A DNA stretch of 63,844 nucleotides, filler included, from Octopus bimaculoides (Eukaryota): assembly GCF_001194135.2 (NCBI RefSeq). It is 5 parts of 5 records of this genome, joined end to end, with 100 filler letters (N's around TTAATTAATTAA, not from the genome) between each part and the next. Parts side by side here need not be neighbours in the genome. Positions count along the whole stretch, not along the records: positions 1 to 29,414 come from NC_068998.1; 4 more parts are not named here. One strand, given 5' to 3'. A program made the translations under genes and the position numbers. The notes below the pieces were generated by a model, which was not told where the DNA came from, made no database searches, and saw nothing but the letters and a program-made list of their open reading frames with translations. Positions within the stretch are counted from its first letter, which is position 1, and each line of letters starts with the position of its first letter. Positions 1-12,419 of the stretch are shown piece by piece.

Positions 1-352
1 TGTGCAAGGTCATCAGCATAGAGGAGCTCCCAGGGGCAACCTGTCTTGAATTCCTCTGTGATCGCCTGGAGGACTATGATAAATAGGAGGGGGCTGAGGA
101 CGGAACCTTGGTGGACCCCTACCTCTACCCGGAATTCATTACTGTACTCATTTCCAACCTTCACCTTACTGACAGCATCTCTGTACATGGCTTGCACAGC
201 TCTCACTAACCATTCTTCTATCCCAAGTTTCCTCATTGACCACCAGATAAGGGATCGGGGGACCCTGTCAAAGGCTTTCTCCATGTCAACGAAGGCCAGG
301 TACAGAGGTTTATCCTTGGCTAGATATTTCTCCTGCAGCTGTCGATGGCATT
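1..352 (-). mobile_element. RTE-type LINE reverse transcriptase fragment (runs off window edge)
   Basis: Minus strand reads QLQEKYLAKDKPLYLAFVDMEKAFDRVPRSLIWWSMRKLG...GVHQGSVLSPLLFIIVLQAITEEFKTGCPWELLYADDLA with no stops, covering RT motifs up to YADD. Same family as 5697-6838. Confidence 0.92.
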
Positions 353-2244
353 AAATAGATTGATACCTTAAATTGTTTTGATCACTTGTATGTAAGATGC
401 AGGCAATGCTACAGTTATATCAGTGTAGCAATAATATCACACAATCCATAGATAAATGAAATATCTGCCAAATTAAAACTATAGAAAATATCATAAAATT
501 TGGTAATTTAACCAATTTATTTCTTGGCTGGCTTTGCCATTGATTTCCTGTTTATAAACCCTCACGTTTTTCCATATTCTGTAAATTTGAAATTACCTTA
601 TTCTGTATATGAGAACGTAAATAATTGGGTTGATGCGAGACAATTGAAATATTATGGTAAATGGGGAATACAGGGAAACCTAATCGTTAATGTTTACATT
701 TTTTATTCATTAATATTTTAAGTGGTGTATGACAATTCTACAGAAATTGTTCAGTCAATTACATAGAAGACTTATACAGTTAAACAGCAACAAGAACAAA
801 GTCAAAAGTGTTTTAACATAACAAATTTGTTGTGTAAGAAATAGTGAGTGAGAGAATGTCTTAATCATGGAAAGTAATAACTAGGAAATGACAGGCAAAA
901 AGATGAACTCTCCTAAGTGATTAAAGCTTCGGAAGCAAAGACAAGCTTTGAAGAATTGTCAAAAATAACCTCTTTTATAATATCTAATCGGTTCAAGAAA
1001 GCAGTTTGACTGGCTTAAAATTCCTACAAAAAAGAAACCCCAAGCATGTGCTTTTTACATAGTTGTATACTACTGTATTTTATGGAACCATGTGACCCTT
1101 ACTGATGGATCAAGAATTATGTATAGCATTTGACACTAAAGACAATTTCAATGCTATGGTGTTATGTGTGTATATCTGTCTGTATGTATCTGTACAAAAC
1201 CAAGAAAGACAGGCTAAAAGGGTGAGTAAGCTGAAGCAGCCAGAGTAAGAGTTTATACAACAAACTAAATATCTGGCAGTTTGTACCCACTTATGATTGT
1301 TATGCTACCATTGTCACAATGCATAGCATTGTACAAACGATATCTATAGAGTGTATAGTTATCTGACAATAGAGTACATGAAATTCCCTTTCTCAAGGAT
1401 GAAAGTCAAAAGCCAGACAGTCTGTAATCTTTCAATTGCTTGATAAATGGTTTCTTTTCCTCTTTAATTTATAGTCTAACCACCACCTCCCAAAATTATT
1501 TTCCAATAGATATGAAATATATTGCCATATGTAGAATTAATGAATTGTTTTATTGTGAGATTTACAGCTTAATTATTGTAAATCCTGCTGTCACATCTAA
1601 TTAAGATTCCTTGCTAGCCAAATCTCTAATCTGTTCTGGTGCTAAACTACTAAATATATTTCTCTGTTTCCCCTTTTCCCATTGTGGTGACTGTAATCTC
1701 TTATTCTCTCAGACAAGCTCATTTGTTCCCACTATAAACTTGAACATAATTTTCATTGTAAAATGATTCATTGTGTTTGTACTACGAAATATTATTGACT
1801 GAAACAAGATTAACAAGCTAAAAACCAACCTATCTAAATATTTATTATTATTTAGAATGTTACCTTTGATTGAAGCATGTAATTTGCTTTTACCTGAGCC
1901 AGGATTTTCATGCTTATAGGGGAAAGGAAATTGTAATTTATGATTACACATTTATGGAAAGTAAAACAGTGTGACACAACTATTCACTGTTGCAACACCT
2001 AAAAAAACAGCAACATCACCAATTCTATTGAAATATTTTTATAACACACTAGTATAGAATGGTTTCGGTCTCTACAAATATATAAAGATATAGTTATGAT
2101 AATGATGGTAGTGATGATGGGTTTTGTAGTGGTGGTAATGGTAATGATGGCGATAGATGTGGTAGTGTTGATGAAGTTGGTGATTGCAGTGTTTATGAAG
2201 ACTGTGTTGTTATTGTTTTTATTACCTTTGTTTTGTCTTCGGTC

Positions 2245-2405
2245 AACCCTGACTGAACTGAGTGAGCCTGCAGCTAAAGGCATTTCAGCCATGATCTGCG
2301 CAGGAATTCAATGCTTCCCCCACTTTTCGAATTTGTTGGAGGACATAATGTGATGGGAATCTGCTTACTATTTCTTGCAGGTTGAGCAACCACATAGTGA
2401 GGCCC
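2245..2405 (+). repeat. Interspersed repeat family D, diverged copy
   Basis: Shares 'cagccatga...ctatttc..gcagg.tgagc.accacat' with the copies at 46620-47420. Confidence 0.45.
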
Positions 2406-4921
2406 TTGGCGATGGTAACAATGGTTATTAACTCCTTGATGGCAATGATCTTGATACATATTAGTAATAGTAATGGTTATAATGGTATTAATACCTTGGG
2501 TGGTGCATGGGAAGGACACTAGCAATACTAATGAGGCTAATGGCAGTGTTAGTTATAATGGTAATGATAGTGGTGGCAATGTTGGTGCTGTCAATGGCAA
2601 CGATGAGGAAGGTGATGACAGTAGTGATAGTGACCCTCTTAGTTACGCTAATAGTGGTTATAATGGTGCCATTATTTGTAATAGAAAAATTGATTTTAGA
2701 TGAAACATTCAATATTTATACTAGTTTACAGGAATGAAAATACTTCGACATAAAAATGCGAAAGGAATTTCTTAGTTGTTTATTACCAATTTACACATTT
2801 AAATATTTTTTGTTCTCATAATGTGTTGAAATATTAAATTTGAAGTAATTGTCACTATGTAATTCTTTGAAAAATAACCTGATTGAGACAATTGATAATT
2901 TTCATTTCACAATAAATTGTTTTGGGCTCAATCTTATTGCCTGGTTTCCTGGGTAAATGTATTCTGCTGTAATTTATATTGACAATTGACAAAAAGAATT
3001 TGGTAGAGAGAAACTAATGTCAAAGACCCACATGTGTGAGGCGGGGGGTTATTTTTACATAATTTAACTGTTGTTATGTCCCTTTATGTTTCATAATATC
3101 AAGGTTCATTAGATAGATAAAATAACAGCCAAACTGAATTAAGTGCTGCAGTTGATAATCCTTGGCCTCATACATCTAAAAAAAAAAAAAAAAAAAGAAT
3201 TAACTGTAGATTTGGCATTTTTTAAGATGATTTCCTTTTTCTGTTACATTATGATATAGAAACAGGTGGATAAGTTAATGCTGTTTGTACTCAGTTTGAA
3301 AAGTCAAAGGCTGTGATTGGAGATGGAGCATATATTGAAATAACAATAATTCCTGTAGGAAAAAAGGATTAGATAAGTGTCTTTGAACAGGATCTAATTG
3401 AGGAGGCATAATATTGATGACAAAAGGAAGAAGAAGTGAGACAGAAGTGTTAGGTGAATTTCAGTTGTGGAGTTGTACAAGTGGCATGTCCAACAGAAGA
3501 GAGAATTTTGAAGTGTTGGAAAGACAGAGATTAGTAGGCAGCCAAATGTTTGAAGAGTGAATGAATTATTGAGTAAAATGAGAAAACTTGTGATAGTCTG
3601 AATAAAAGATTGTCTATCGAGAAAACGGCTATGCTTGGATGTTATTTAAGAGGTTGAGACTAATATCTGAAGTATAAACAACAGCACAGTATTAAAAGGT
3701 AATTTTAAATATGGTTAACTGCTTTTGATGATTTAAGTATTTTCTGGGGTTAAAAAAGAATCTAACATTTGTAACCTTAGACAACATTAAAAAAAATGTT
3801 TAGATTTACAAGGTTTAAGACGTGAAGAATATGTAAGAAATGTAATCAAGTATAATAATTAATGAATACTGGGAATATAGTAAGGCAACGTTTCTTTTTA
3901 AAATGCACAGGATTTGTGTTTTGATGGTAAATAAGATAGGATTTTCATGACAGCATTACAGATGCTTTCAAGCCTTCCAGTCAAGGAGTTATGGTTTTAT
4001 ATTGATGAAATTTATGTTCAGATGGAGAGGAAGAAGTGCTGTGTGTGCTGAGTGGGCACATGTACTGTAAAAGATTACAACATTTAAGTAATGAACCTTG
4101 TGAAGAAAGAGGAAGAGACAACTGAGTTAATTTGCCCTGGAAATGTTGCTGTAATTGAAAGGAAAAATAATAGGTAAAATTTAGTACTAGTTCCATTCAA
4201 GTTAGTTGTATTAAAGCTGAAAAATTTAAATGTTGATGGGGGGAAGCTTGCTTTACATTCTTAATTAATCATAAAATTAATATATACCAGTGCCTGTGTG
4301 TTATTGTTCTTAGTAGCACTATGACCCTCCCCTCAGCCATGTCCCCTACCCTGTTGTCACAGCTGCTGCCCTTGAACCTGACTTTTTGTACCATTCTTGT
4401 AACTCACTGTGTTTGTGTGTTCACCCACACTGCTGCCATTGTGGTAGTTGTTGTTGTTGCCATCTGTGTTGTTGATATTGTTGTGGCTATCTGTGAAGTT
4501 ACCTTATGTATGTTTGTGTGTGCATATGGGTTTGCTTCATATGTTGTTTGTATCTGTGTCCTTTATACAGTTCTTTTTTTTTATTTATTCTCTTTTAATA
4601 TTTATCATAGGTATGTGCATATATGTCTGTTGTACGTGTAGTACACTGTTTGTATATGGATTTTTTCTCCCTTCAGTATTTAGTCATCATGTTGGTGGTG
4701 TGGTGGTGGGTGTTATTGTTCTATTTGTGTTTTCTATTGAGGCTCGGTCTCTCTAATGCTATGTGTGTCGTCTCTGTGATCTGTTTAAGTGTTGTGTCAG
4801 TTCTGTGAGTTGATAATACTTTGACCTCTATGCTATTGTCTGAGCCTTTATATTCTGCTTGAACATGTTGGTAGATCACTGATGAGCCTTTCTCTTCTTT
4901 GAGCTCTCACCAGTGTTCACC

Positions 4922-5657
4922 TATAGGGCTTTCCTATAAGTAGGTTATCTCCCTTGGCTAGGCGGTGCTCCATGTAGATAATTAAACTTCCAGAGGCTAC
5001 CCACGCCATTGTTATTGTTTTCCGTCTTATCATGGATATAAAGCAGCTTGATGATTCAGCTATCGAAGTACTTACTATGCCTGAGTTAAAGAAATATTTA
5101 AGATTATATGGACAGTATGTTACTGGAAGAAAGGCGGACTTGACTGAAAGGTTGAAAGGAATAAAAATTCTGTCGATGAAGAATGTCAACAAAGTAAATT
5201 CATCGGACGATAAGTCTGAAGTATCAGACGATACTTCAGACAGGAATAAGCAGAAGCTTATATCTCCTCTCAGTGAAGTATTGCCTGATATAAAGATCTT
5301 TGTAAGTTGCCGAATTTCACAGATAATGACATAATTACCTCGTGCTACGGATGACAGCAAAGCAACAGTTAAGGGAGTGGCATATTTTACCATGACAGAC
5401 ATGTACACAGCATCGAATACCACGATGTGAGTGAAAGCTGCTCTCACTGTATTGTCCGGTGTCTGGTAATCCCTTCGATACCAACATCAAACCAAAAAAA
5501 GAATCCTGACCACAGAGTGTGGGTAATTATGTCAAATGTCACTGGCAATGTGCATTCAGCTGATTGCAACTGTTAAAGCAAGTCACTGAGCATGCGTACA
5601 TGTCATACGGGTGAGTTCCAATCAGGGGTGGAAAACACCTTATAGGAAAGCCCTATA
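4922..5657 (+). mobile_element. Non-autonomous TIR DNA transposon (ISL2EU/Kolobok-like) carrying a SAP-SWIM gene remnant
   Basis: Perfect 19-bp inverted repeats: TATAGGGCTTTCCTATAAG at 4922-4940 and CTTATAGGAAAGCCCTATA at 5639-5657. They enclose a decayed SAP+SWIM reading frame. Confidence 0.75.
5032..5576 (+). pseudogene. SAP domain + SWIM-type zinc-finger N-terminal region, frameshifted and truncated
   Basis: Frame 1 gives LTMPELKKYLRLYGQYVTGRKADLTERL (SAP). After a frameshift near 5304: KLPNFTDNDI...FYHDRHVHSIEY...HCIVRCLVIPS...DHRVWVIMSNVTGNVHSADCNC*. Two internal stops, and it ends at the first CxC of SWIM. Confidence 0.75.
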
Positions 5658-5696
5658 TGCTCTCCTATTCTGCATGCTGTCTAGACATATATGCAC

Positions 5697-6838
5697 ATAC
5701 TTATCAAATTGTTGGATCAGGTAATGAAAGTTATGAAGAGACATAGCCTGACTAATTTGGGAGAGAGTTAGTCTAGTTGAAATGCAATTTGGTTTTGTGC
5801 CAGGGAGAAGCACCACTGATGCTATGTTTCTGGTAAGGCAGCTGCAGAAGAAATACCTACCCAAAGATAAACCTCTGTATTTAGTTTTTGTTGATTTGGA
5901 GAAAGCCTTTGACAGGATCCCACAATCCCTTATCTGGTAGTCAATATGGAAACTAGGGATAGATGAGTGGTTGTTGAGAGCTGTACAAGCCTTGTACAAG
6001 GACGCTACCAGTAAGATGCGGGTTGACAATGAGTACGGCAAAGGATTCAGGGTACAAGTAGGGGTTCACCAAGGATCGGTCCTCAGCTCCCTCTTGTTCA
6101 TCATAGTCCACCAGGTGATGACAGAGGAATTTAAGACAGGCTGCCCCTGAGAACTCCTATATGCTGATGACCTTGCTCTAATAGCTGAATCACTACCAGA
6201 ACTAGAGAAGTTCCAGATATGGAGCATGGTCTAGAATTGAAGGGCCTTAGAGTTAACCAAGCAAAAACCAAAGTCTTAGTAAGTAGGAAGGCAGACAAAT
6301 CACAAATCCCTTTAGGTAGATGACCTTGTTCGATCTGTAGAAAAGGCTTAGGTAGAAAATTCATAAGATGCACCAGGTGTAAGCTTTGGATACATAAAAG
6401 GTGCAATGATATCAGAGGAAGGCTAACAGGAAAAATAGCTTTTGTACATGGAAGATGCACAGGTACAATAAACACCAAAAATGTACAGAAAATTAACTCC
6501 ATCAACTGCTAGGGGGATAAGCTAGAGGTAGTAGATAGCTTCCATTATCTAGGTGACCAAGTTAATAGTGGAGTGGATGCTTTGAGAACATAGCTGTGAG
6601 AATAGGCTGGGCAAAGTTCATAGAGTTTCTACCTCAGCTGGCAACAAAGAGCCTCTCCCTTGAAGTGAAAGGCAAATGATGCCTGTGTGTGAACAGCTAT
6701 GCTACATGGCAGTGAAACATGGGCTGTGACAGCTGAGGACATGTGTAGGTTTGAAAGAAATGAAACCAGTATACTTTGCAGAATGTGCAATGTCAGTGTG
6801 CATGTTTGACAGAGTATAAGCATCTTGAGAGAAAAGTG
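5697..6838 (+). mobile_element. RTE-type LINE RT fragment with PHD-like finger, decayed
   Basis: IKLLDQVMKV...MQFGFVPGRSTTDAMFLVRQLQ...FVDLEKAFDRIP...GVHQGSVLS...LLYADDLAL...CSICRKG...CTRCKLWIHKRC...FHYLGD...MLHGSETW, with several stops and frameshifts. Confidence 0.92.
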
Positions 6839-6879
6839 AGTGAGTGTGGGTGTCTGTATATGTGTCTGTGTGTATTTGG

Positions 6880-7098
6880 ATATCTGCATGTGCCTTTGTG
6901 TCTCTCCACACCAATACTTGATGACTGTTGTTGATTTATTTATATCCCAATAACAATAGTTTAACAAAAGAAAGCAATAGAATAAGTACCAGGCTTTAAA
7001 AAATAAGCCCTGTGACTCAGTTGTTTGACTAAACCTATCAAAGCAGTGCTCCAGTATGGCTGCACTCCAGTGACTGAAACAAGTAAAAGAGATAAAAG
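6880..7098 (+). mobile_element. SINE family B, 3' half, diverged
   Basis: 'atagaataagtaccaggc...gtgctccagtatggctgc...gactgaaacaagtaaaagag' matches the tail of the intact copy at 32727-33135. Confidence 0.75.
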
Positions 7099-7157
7099 GC
7101 AGAAAATAAATGTTTTTGTGTAAAACACATAAATTCACATTTATCACTATTACTATT

Positions 7158-7350
7158 AAAAGGTGCCAAACTGGCAGAAACCTTTGATCAGTGGGAAAAT
7201 GCCTTGTTCTTCCAACTCACTATATTCTCAAGGTCACCTTTGCCTTTCATCTCTCCAAGGGGCAATAAAATGAAATGCCAGTTAAGTACTGGGGTCAATT
7301 TAGTTGTCTAACAACCTTCCCGTAAATGTGCTGGCCTTGTGCCTAAACCA
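7158..7350 (+). mobile_element. SINE family A, diverged
   Basis: 'ctggcagaa...ctttgcctttcatc...agtactggggtc...ggccttgtgccta' matches 19154-19370. Confidence 0.7.
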
Positions 7351-8799
7351 GAATAATTATTATTACTGCCATTGATTTTTCTGTTCATTTTTATCATTAT
7401 CACTGTTGTTGCTCAGGTTTGATAAAAATGTCTTTGTTTTAGCTGTGGTGATTGCTGCTCTTATTATTGTTGTAACATTTTTGAAGGAAATGCAATAATT
7501 ACTAACAGCTAAAATCATGACAGCAAACTCTGAAAAGAGCATCCTAAACAAAATAGACGACTATGTGTGTGTGTGTGTGTGTGTGAATAAATAATATCTG
7601 TGTATATATAGATACACATATGCATGAACTAAAAAAAGAAATCAATTATGAAGAACATATATCTTCAAGTGCTATTTCAGACATTTAATGTAGATTCCTA
7701 AACCTGACTAAATCTAAAAGCAAAACTTTGAAATTAAAATAGTAAACAAAACTGCAACAGAAGAGGAGGGAAATAAACTATAGATAGAATAATGGCAAAG
7801 GAAGTGGGGAAATAAGCCAAAATATCAAAGAAAACAACCTGGAGCATGGTAATATCAAAGACCTTTCTTGCATGCTGCCAAATTCAATTAGGAATTTGTT
7901 ACTTTAAGACAAATTGCCAGCAATATTTTATAACGAAACTAGTATTCTGTATCAATTTTCATCATTAATTGACTGTTATGGAATTGTATACAGTGAAGTG
8001 TGTAAGCTCACACAAACAGTCACATGCACATAATATATAACATACACATGCATGTATATTCACACATGCATACACATATGCGTAAGTGTCTATAAATCTG
8101 TGAGAGAGAGAAAAGAAAGGGAAAAGTCAAAATGTTCAGCTCTGACCTATCGCTTCTCCAGTTTTCTTTGGTATACCTCTACCTATTATTGTTACATCCC
8201 CATGCTAACTCTTAACATTTTCTCATGCAGCATGAATTCTCCATTTACATTAAAAGTATATACCACTAAGAGCATTTTTCCTTCTCTATACATTATGCTA
8301 TACCTTTGATATTGAATTACTTTCTCAGCCTACTTGTGCTTGAGTTTTCTCATAAAATAATATTACACAGTTAGAATATCATATACGATTTACTTTCTCC
8401 AAATGCTGCAAATCTTCTGCATCCACTGATCATGGTTCATCTCTGTTAAGTATCATAACTTCCTACTTCAAATACATAACATAAAACAAAAGCACTTTTA
8501 ACACTGTGTGATATAGTTTCAGTTGACAAACACATATATATATAGAAGCTTGTTATATGTATATGTCTGTGCTAAGGCTAAAATTATTACATTGATCAGC
8601 ATTATTAAGCATTATCAAACATAGCATGATTGAAAAATTTGGTTGGACTTAGTACACCTTTAACAATGTTGACTCTAATGCAAGTATTCCATTCAGATTT
8701 TGGTTTGTATACTACACAATCACTCAACATATTTTGTACATCTACTAATTATTGACTGGTGTAAAGGTATCCTTCTCATATTGTAGATACATGGCTAAT

Positions 8800-8950
8800 A
8801 GGTACAGGTATGGCTGTTTGATTAAGAAATTTGATTCCAATCCACTTGGTTCAAGATTTGGTTCCACTGTGTGGGTGCTGTCAATTGTTGTTCTTACTAT
8901 AGGTGTAAATTGACCCGTACTCTATGAATAGATGGAAACTGGAAGATGAG
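8800..8950 (+). mobile_element. SINE family B-like head, highly diverged
   Basis: 'ggctgtttgattaagaa...ggttccactgtgtgg...agatggaaactg' resembles the family B head. Confidence 0.45.
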
Positions 8951-9829
8951 TATGTGTATTTCCCATCCTACCTGCATATCACATCCTTCCATTCTATACA
9001 ACTGTTTTATTCTGTGTTCATTAATTGACTGTAATTTGTTTGGCAGCTAATGTTGAATTTGTTTTTTGGAGCATGCTTTGTATTTTTAATTATTACTAAG
9101 TTTATAGGAGAATTGCATTAAATTGTCTCTTCAACTGATCTGTTATATGTATTGAGATTGTTTATTTGCTTGAGAAAGCTGTGTATGTGTGAAATTCTGG
9201 CCAATGAATTTATCTGTTACCTCTATCAAGTAGTTTATTTGGTTGTGGAGGATGCATGTGTGTGTGTGGCTTTGATAATATGCATCTGTGTGTGAGTGTG
9301 TTTGAATTTACTTTTCATTGAGGTCAATGGATATATATGTAATATGTTATTTAATGGGGTTTAATATATTGGTTATTCATGCTTGAGCGATCCTTTTTCT
9401 ATATATTGCTGTGTATGTGTTTGTATCTATGTATATTTGTATTTTGTCAAGGTTTCTTTTTATCTATGTTTTTGTGTGCTTTTGTGTTTTGTGCATTGTG
9501 CTTTGTGTGGGATGTGATGGCTCAATTCATGTGGATAGCAATCTTGTTTTTTTAATGTTTGTTGGAGATTTTGATGTTAGATGAGGTGTTGCTGTGGCCC
9601 TGGAGTAAACTCACAGGACCCCCAACTTGCTCACCTAGAGCTTGAAATATCCAACTTCACCCCACAAAAAGACCGCTCATACTCCAAAAATTTGTCATAT
9701 CCATTAATAGAAAAAGATAGTTCATATTGTTGCCACAGGAGATACATGCTTTTCTAGTATTTTGAGATGTGTATTAGGGAATCAAGACAGGTGTGCATGT
9801 ATTGTTCATGAATGTCTTTTCACAGAGAG

Positions 9830-10430
9830 CAAGTAATAAACTCAGGCAATACAAATATATAGTGACGATGATTTATTCATTGTAAAATGTTACAGCATCC
9901 TGATGTGGTAAGCTTACAAAGTCAGTGTGTGTGAATACATTATCAGATGGTATGAAACAGGCATTGCGACACCATGTGTAGGGCACTAAGACAAAGAAAG
10001 AGAGCTAGCAGTCCTAGCTGTGGGCAGTTGGTGAGCTGACTGCCCAAAGGGAAAAAGAGGCTGAGTCCTGTCAGTCAGGCTTCTTATATGTCTTTCACGT
10101 CTTCTGTTATCTCTAAGTGCTGTTGTGTTTTGTACATGCATCATGACTGCTTGTTGTGTCCCTTCTGGGCTTTTATGTTTAGTCCTGAGACAATCCAAGC
10201 AGTCATGATGGGTGCACTGCAGACTTCCTTGGCAGTCGTGAAGTTATGGCAATAATGAGAGATGAAAGAAAAGATTTATCTACAGTGTAAAACATACCAG
10301 AACCCTTACAAAATAATAAACCAAAAGAAATGTAATATGTAACAATACCATAATAAAAATAGGGTGCAAATACAACAGTGAAAATAGCATGCATAAACAA
10401 CAAAAATGTCATGGAAACAATGTATCACAC
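9830..10430 (-). repeat. Possible 3' LTR of the adjacent Gypsy element
   Basis: Begins TGTGATACA on the minus strand right after the integrase stop and has AATAAA near the far end. No second LTR is available to confirm. Confidence 0.3.
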
Positions 10431-10431
10431 T

Positions 10432-12412
10432 TCAAGGAAAGAGTTCATTCAATGTTCCTTTTCGTCTGCTCCTAGTAATTACAGAGGGCAAATATGAAGT
10501 TTGTTGTGTGGGTGGTGTCTCCTGTGTGGTGCATGTATTATGTGTAATGGGAGTGGGAACAGTTGTGTCTATGTAGGCGTTTATCAGTCTATCCACAATG
10601 ACAGTGTCTTTTGCACCTTTATAGTCAATAATGATGCATTTTCCTGAATTGGATAACACTCGGTAAGGTCCTTGGTATGGAGGGGTTAATGGATGGCTAA
10701 CGACATCATTTCTCACAGAAACATGAGTCAAGGATGATATGTCCGCAGGTACATAGGCTTTAAGGGATTGTTGTTTTGTGTGGGGTGGGGGCAAGGTCTT
10801 CATGTAATATCTAAGGCGATCCACGTAGCTTGAGTAACCTAATGAATGCAAAGAAATGGGAGTGATCATTTGACCAGGTAATTGGTAAAGGTGATCCATA
10901 CATCAATTCCGCAGGGAAAAAAAACCAATGTCTGCTTTGACAGCAGAATGGAGACCAAGAAGAACAATGGACAAATATTCCATCCATTTCTGTGGGTCAG
11001 GATATGTATGCAGAAATGCTTTTAACTGGCAATGGAATGGCTCAATGCATCCATTTGAGGTAGGATGGTAGCTTGTTGTGTGGCTATGTTTTGATCCTAA
11101 GGTTTTTGTCAAATTTTGGAAAAGTTGAGATTCAAATTGCTGACCTCTGTCGGTTGTAATTGTTGCATGTGTATCAAAATGAGAAATCCAACCTGATACG
11201 AGTGCCTGAGTGATGGTTGGTGATGATATATCTGTGATGGGTATGGCTTCTGGCCACTGGGAGAAATGGTCTATGCAGGTCAACAAGTACGTATATCCCT
11301 GACTCAAAGGCCAGAGTCCTAAAAGGTCTATGTGGATATGCTGGAAATGAGCATTGGCATAAGTGAATGTTCCCAGCTGTGCTTTGATGTGCCTGTGAAC
11401 TTTTGCTTTCTGGTAAGGATGGCAGTTCCTGGCCCAATGAGTGATGTCTCATCTCATGTTTTCCAGACAAAACGAGTTGAAACTAACTTCAAAGTGGCAG
11501 CTAGGCCAGGGAGTGAGATGCAATACAGCACTGAAAACACTCGATGTCTATGGTTCTCAGGCACAAATGGACGAAGGCAATTGGTGGAGACGTCACACAG
11601 AATCTCAGAGCTAGAAGTTGTTACAGGTAGTTGTTGAAGGTCAAAGGGAGAGAACTCTGGTTTGTTGTTATCTATGTCTTCTGATCATGGTTGATCTTTT
11701 AACATGGCATCCAAATCGATCTTGGCAGGTGAGAATATGGAGTTGATAGAGAAATGAGATTAATCATCAGCAGTGATATTCTCTTTTCTGGGAATGTGCT
11801 GGATATCACTGGTGAATTGGGAAATGAAATTCAAGTAATGTATGTCTTGGAGTGAGAATTTGTCAGGCTTGCATTTCAAAGCAAAGTATAGCGGCTTGTG
11901 ATCAGTGTATATTGTGAAATTCCTGCCTTCCAGCATGTGCTGGAAATGTTTGACTGTGAAGTAGATGGCGAGCAGTTCACGACTGAAAGTACTGTAATGA
12001 GTCTGGGCCGGTTTGAGCCATCTTTAAAAGAATGCAAGAGGTTTCCATTCAGAACTGTGCTGTTGGTGTAACATAAAACCAACACTAAGGTCCAAAGCAT
12101 CTACAGCCAATGACAGCTTTGCATCAGGAGCCAGATAGGTCAGCATAGAGACGTGTGATAAACTTGATATCCCAAAAGGCTTTGGTCTGGGTAGGTGTGA
12201 ATGAGATGGGTTCATTTACTTTCTCTTCCACAACATATCTGTAAGGGGTTCCAAAATTTGTAAACAGTTAGAAATAAACTGATGGTAAAAATTTATGAAG
12301 CCTAGAAATTGACAGAGTTGCCACAGTGAAGTAGGTACAGGAATCTTTTCGACTGCATCAATTTTTATGGCTAAAGGCCTGATTCCATCTTTGTTGATGG
12401 AGATTCACCGTC
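10432..12412 (-). mobile_element. Gypsy/Ty3 LTR retrotransposon pol remnant (RT connection, RNase H, integrase, GPY/F)
   Basis: Minus strand: QLCQFLGFINFYHQFI; LAVDALDLSVGFML...PLAFF; YSTFSRELLAIY...FTIYTDHKPL; YTYLLTCIDHFSQWPEA...ITTDRGQQFES...TTSYHPTSNGCIE; PPYQGPYRVL...DRL. Multiple stops and frameshifts. Confidence 0.95.
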
Positions 12413-12419
12413 TACAACA

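Noticed and set aside
46-354. Plus-strand ORF (and 5640-6041, 4917-5447 on minus)
   Set aside because: Antisense shadows of the real RT and SAP frames.
1894-1912. Possible 19-nt minus-strand microexon (c-ATG AAA ATC CTG GCT CAG|GT)
   Set aside because: Splice-like signals only, a weak AAG acceptor, and no partner exons or recognisable protein.
2096-2737. Val/Met-rich and Asn/Gly/Asp-rich ORFs
   Set aside because: Decayed (GAT/GGT/AAT) trinucleotide tracts around a repeat D copy.
4878-4915. CTGATGA inside a hairpin (also 33221 CTGACGA, 53435, 58794, 61135)
   Set aside because: No correctly placed GAAA or stems, so not hammerheads.
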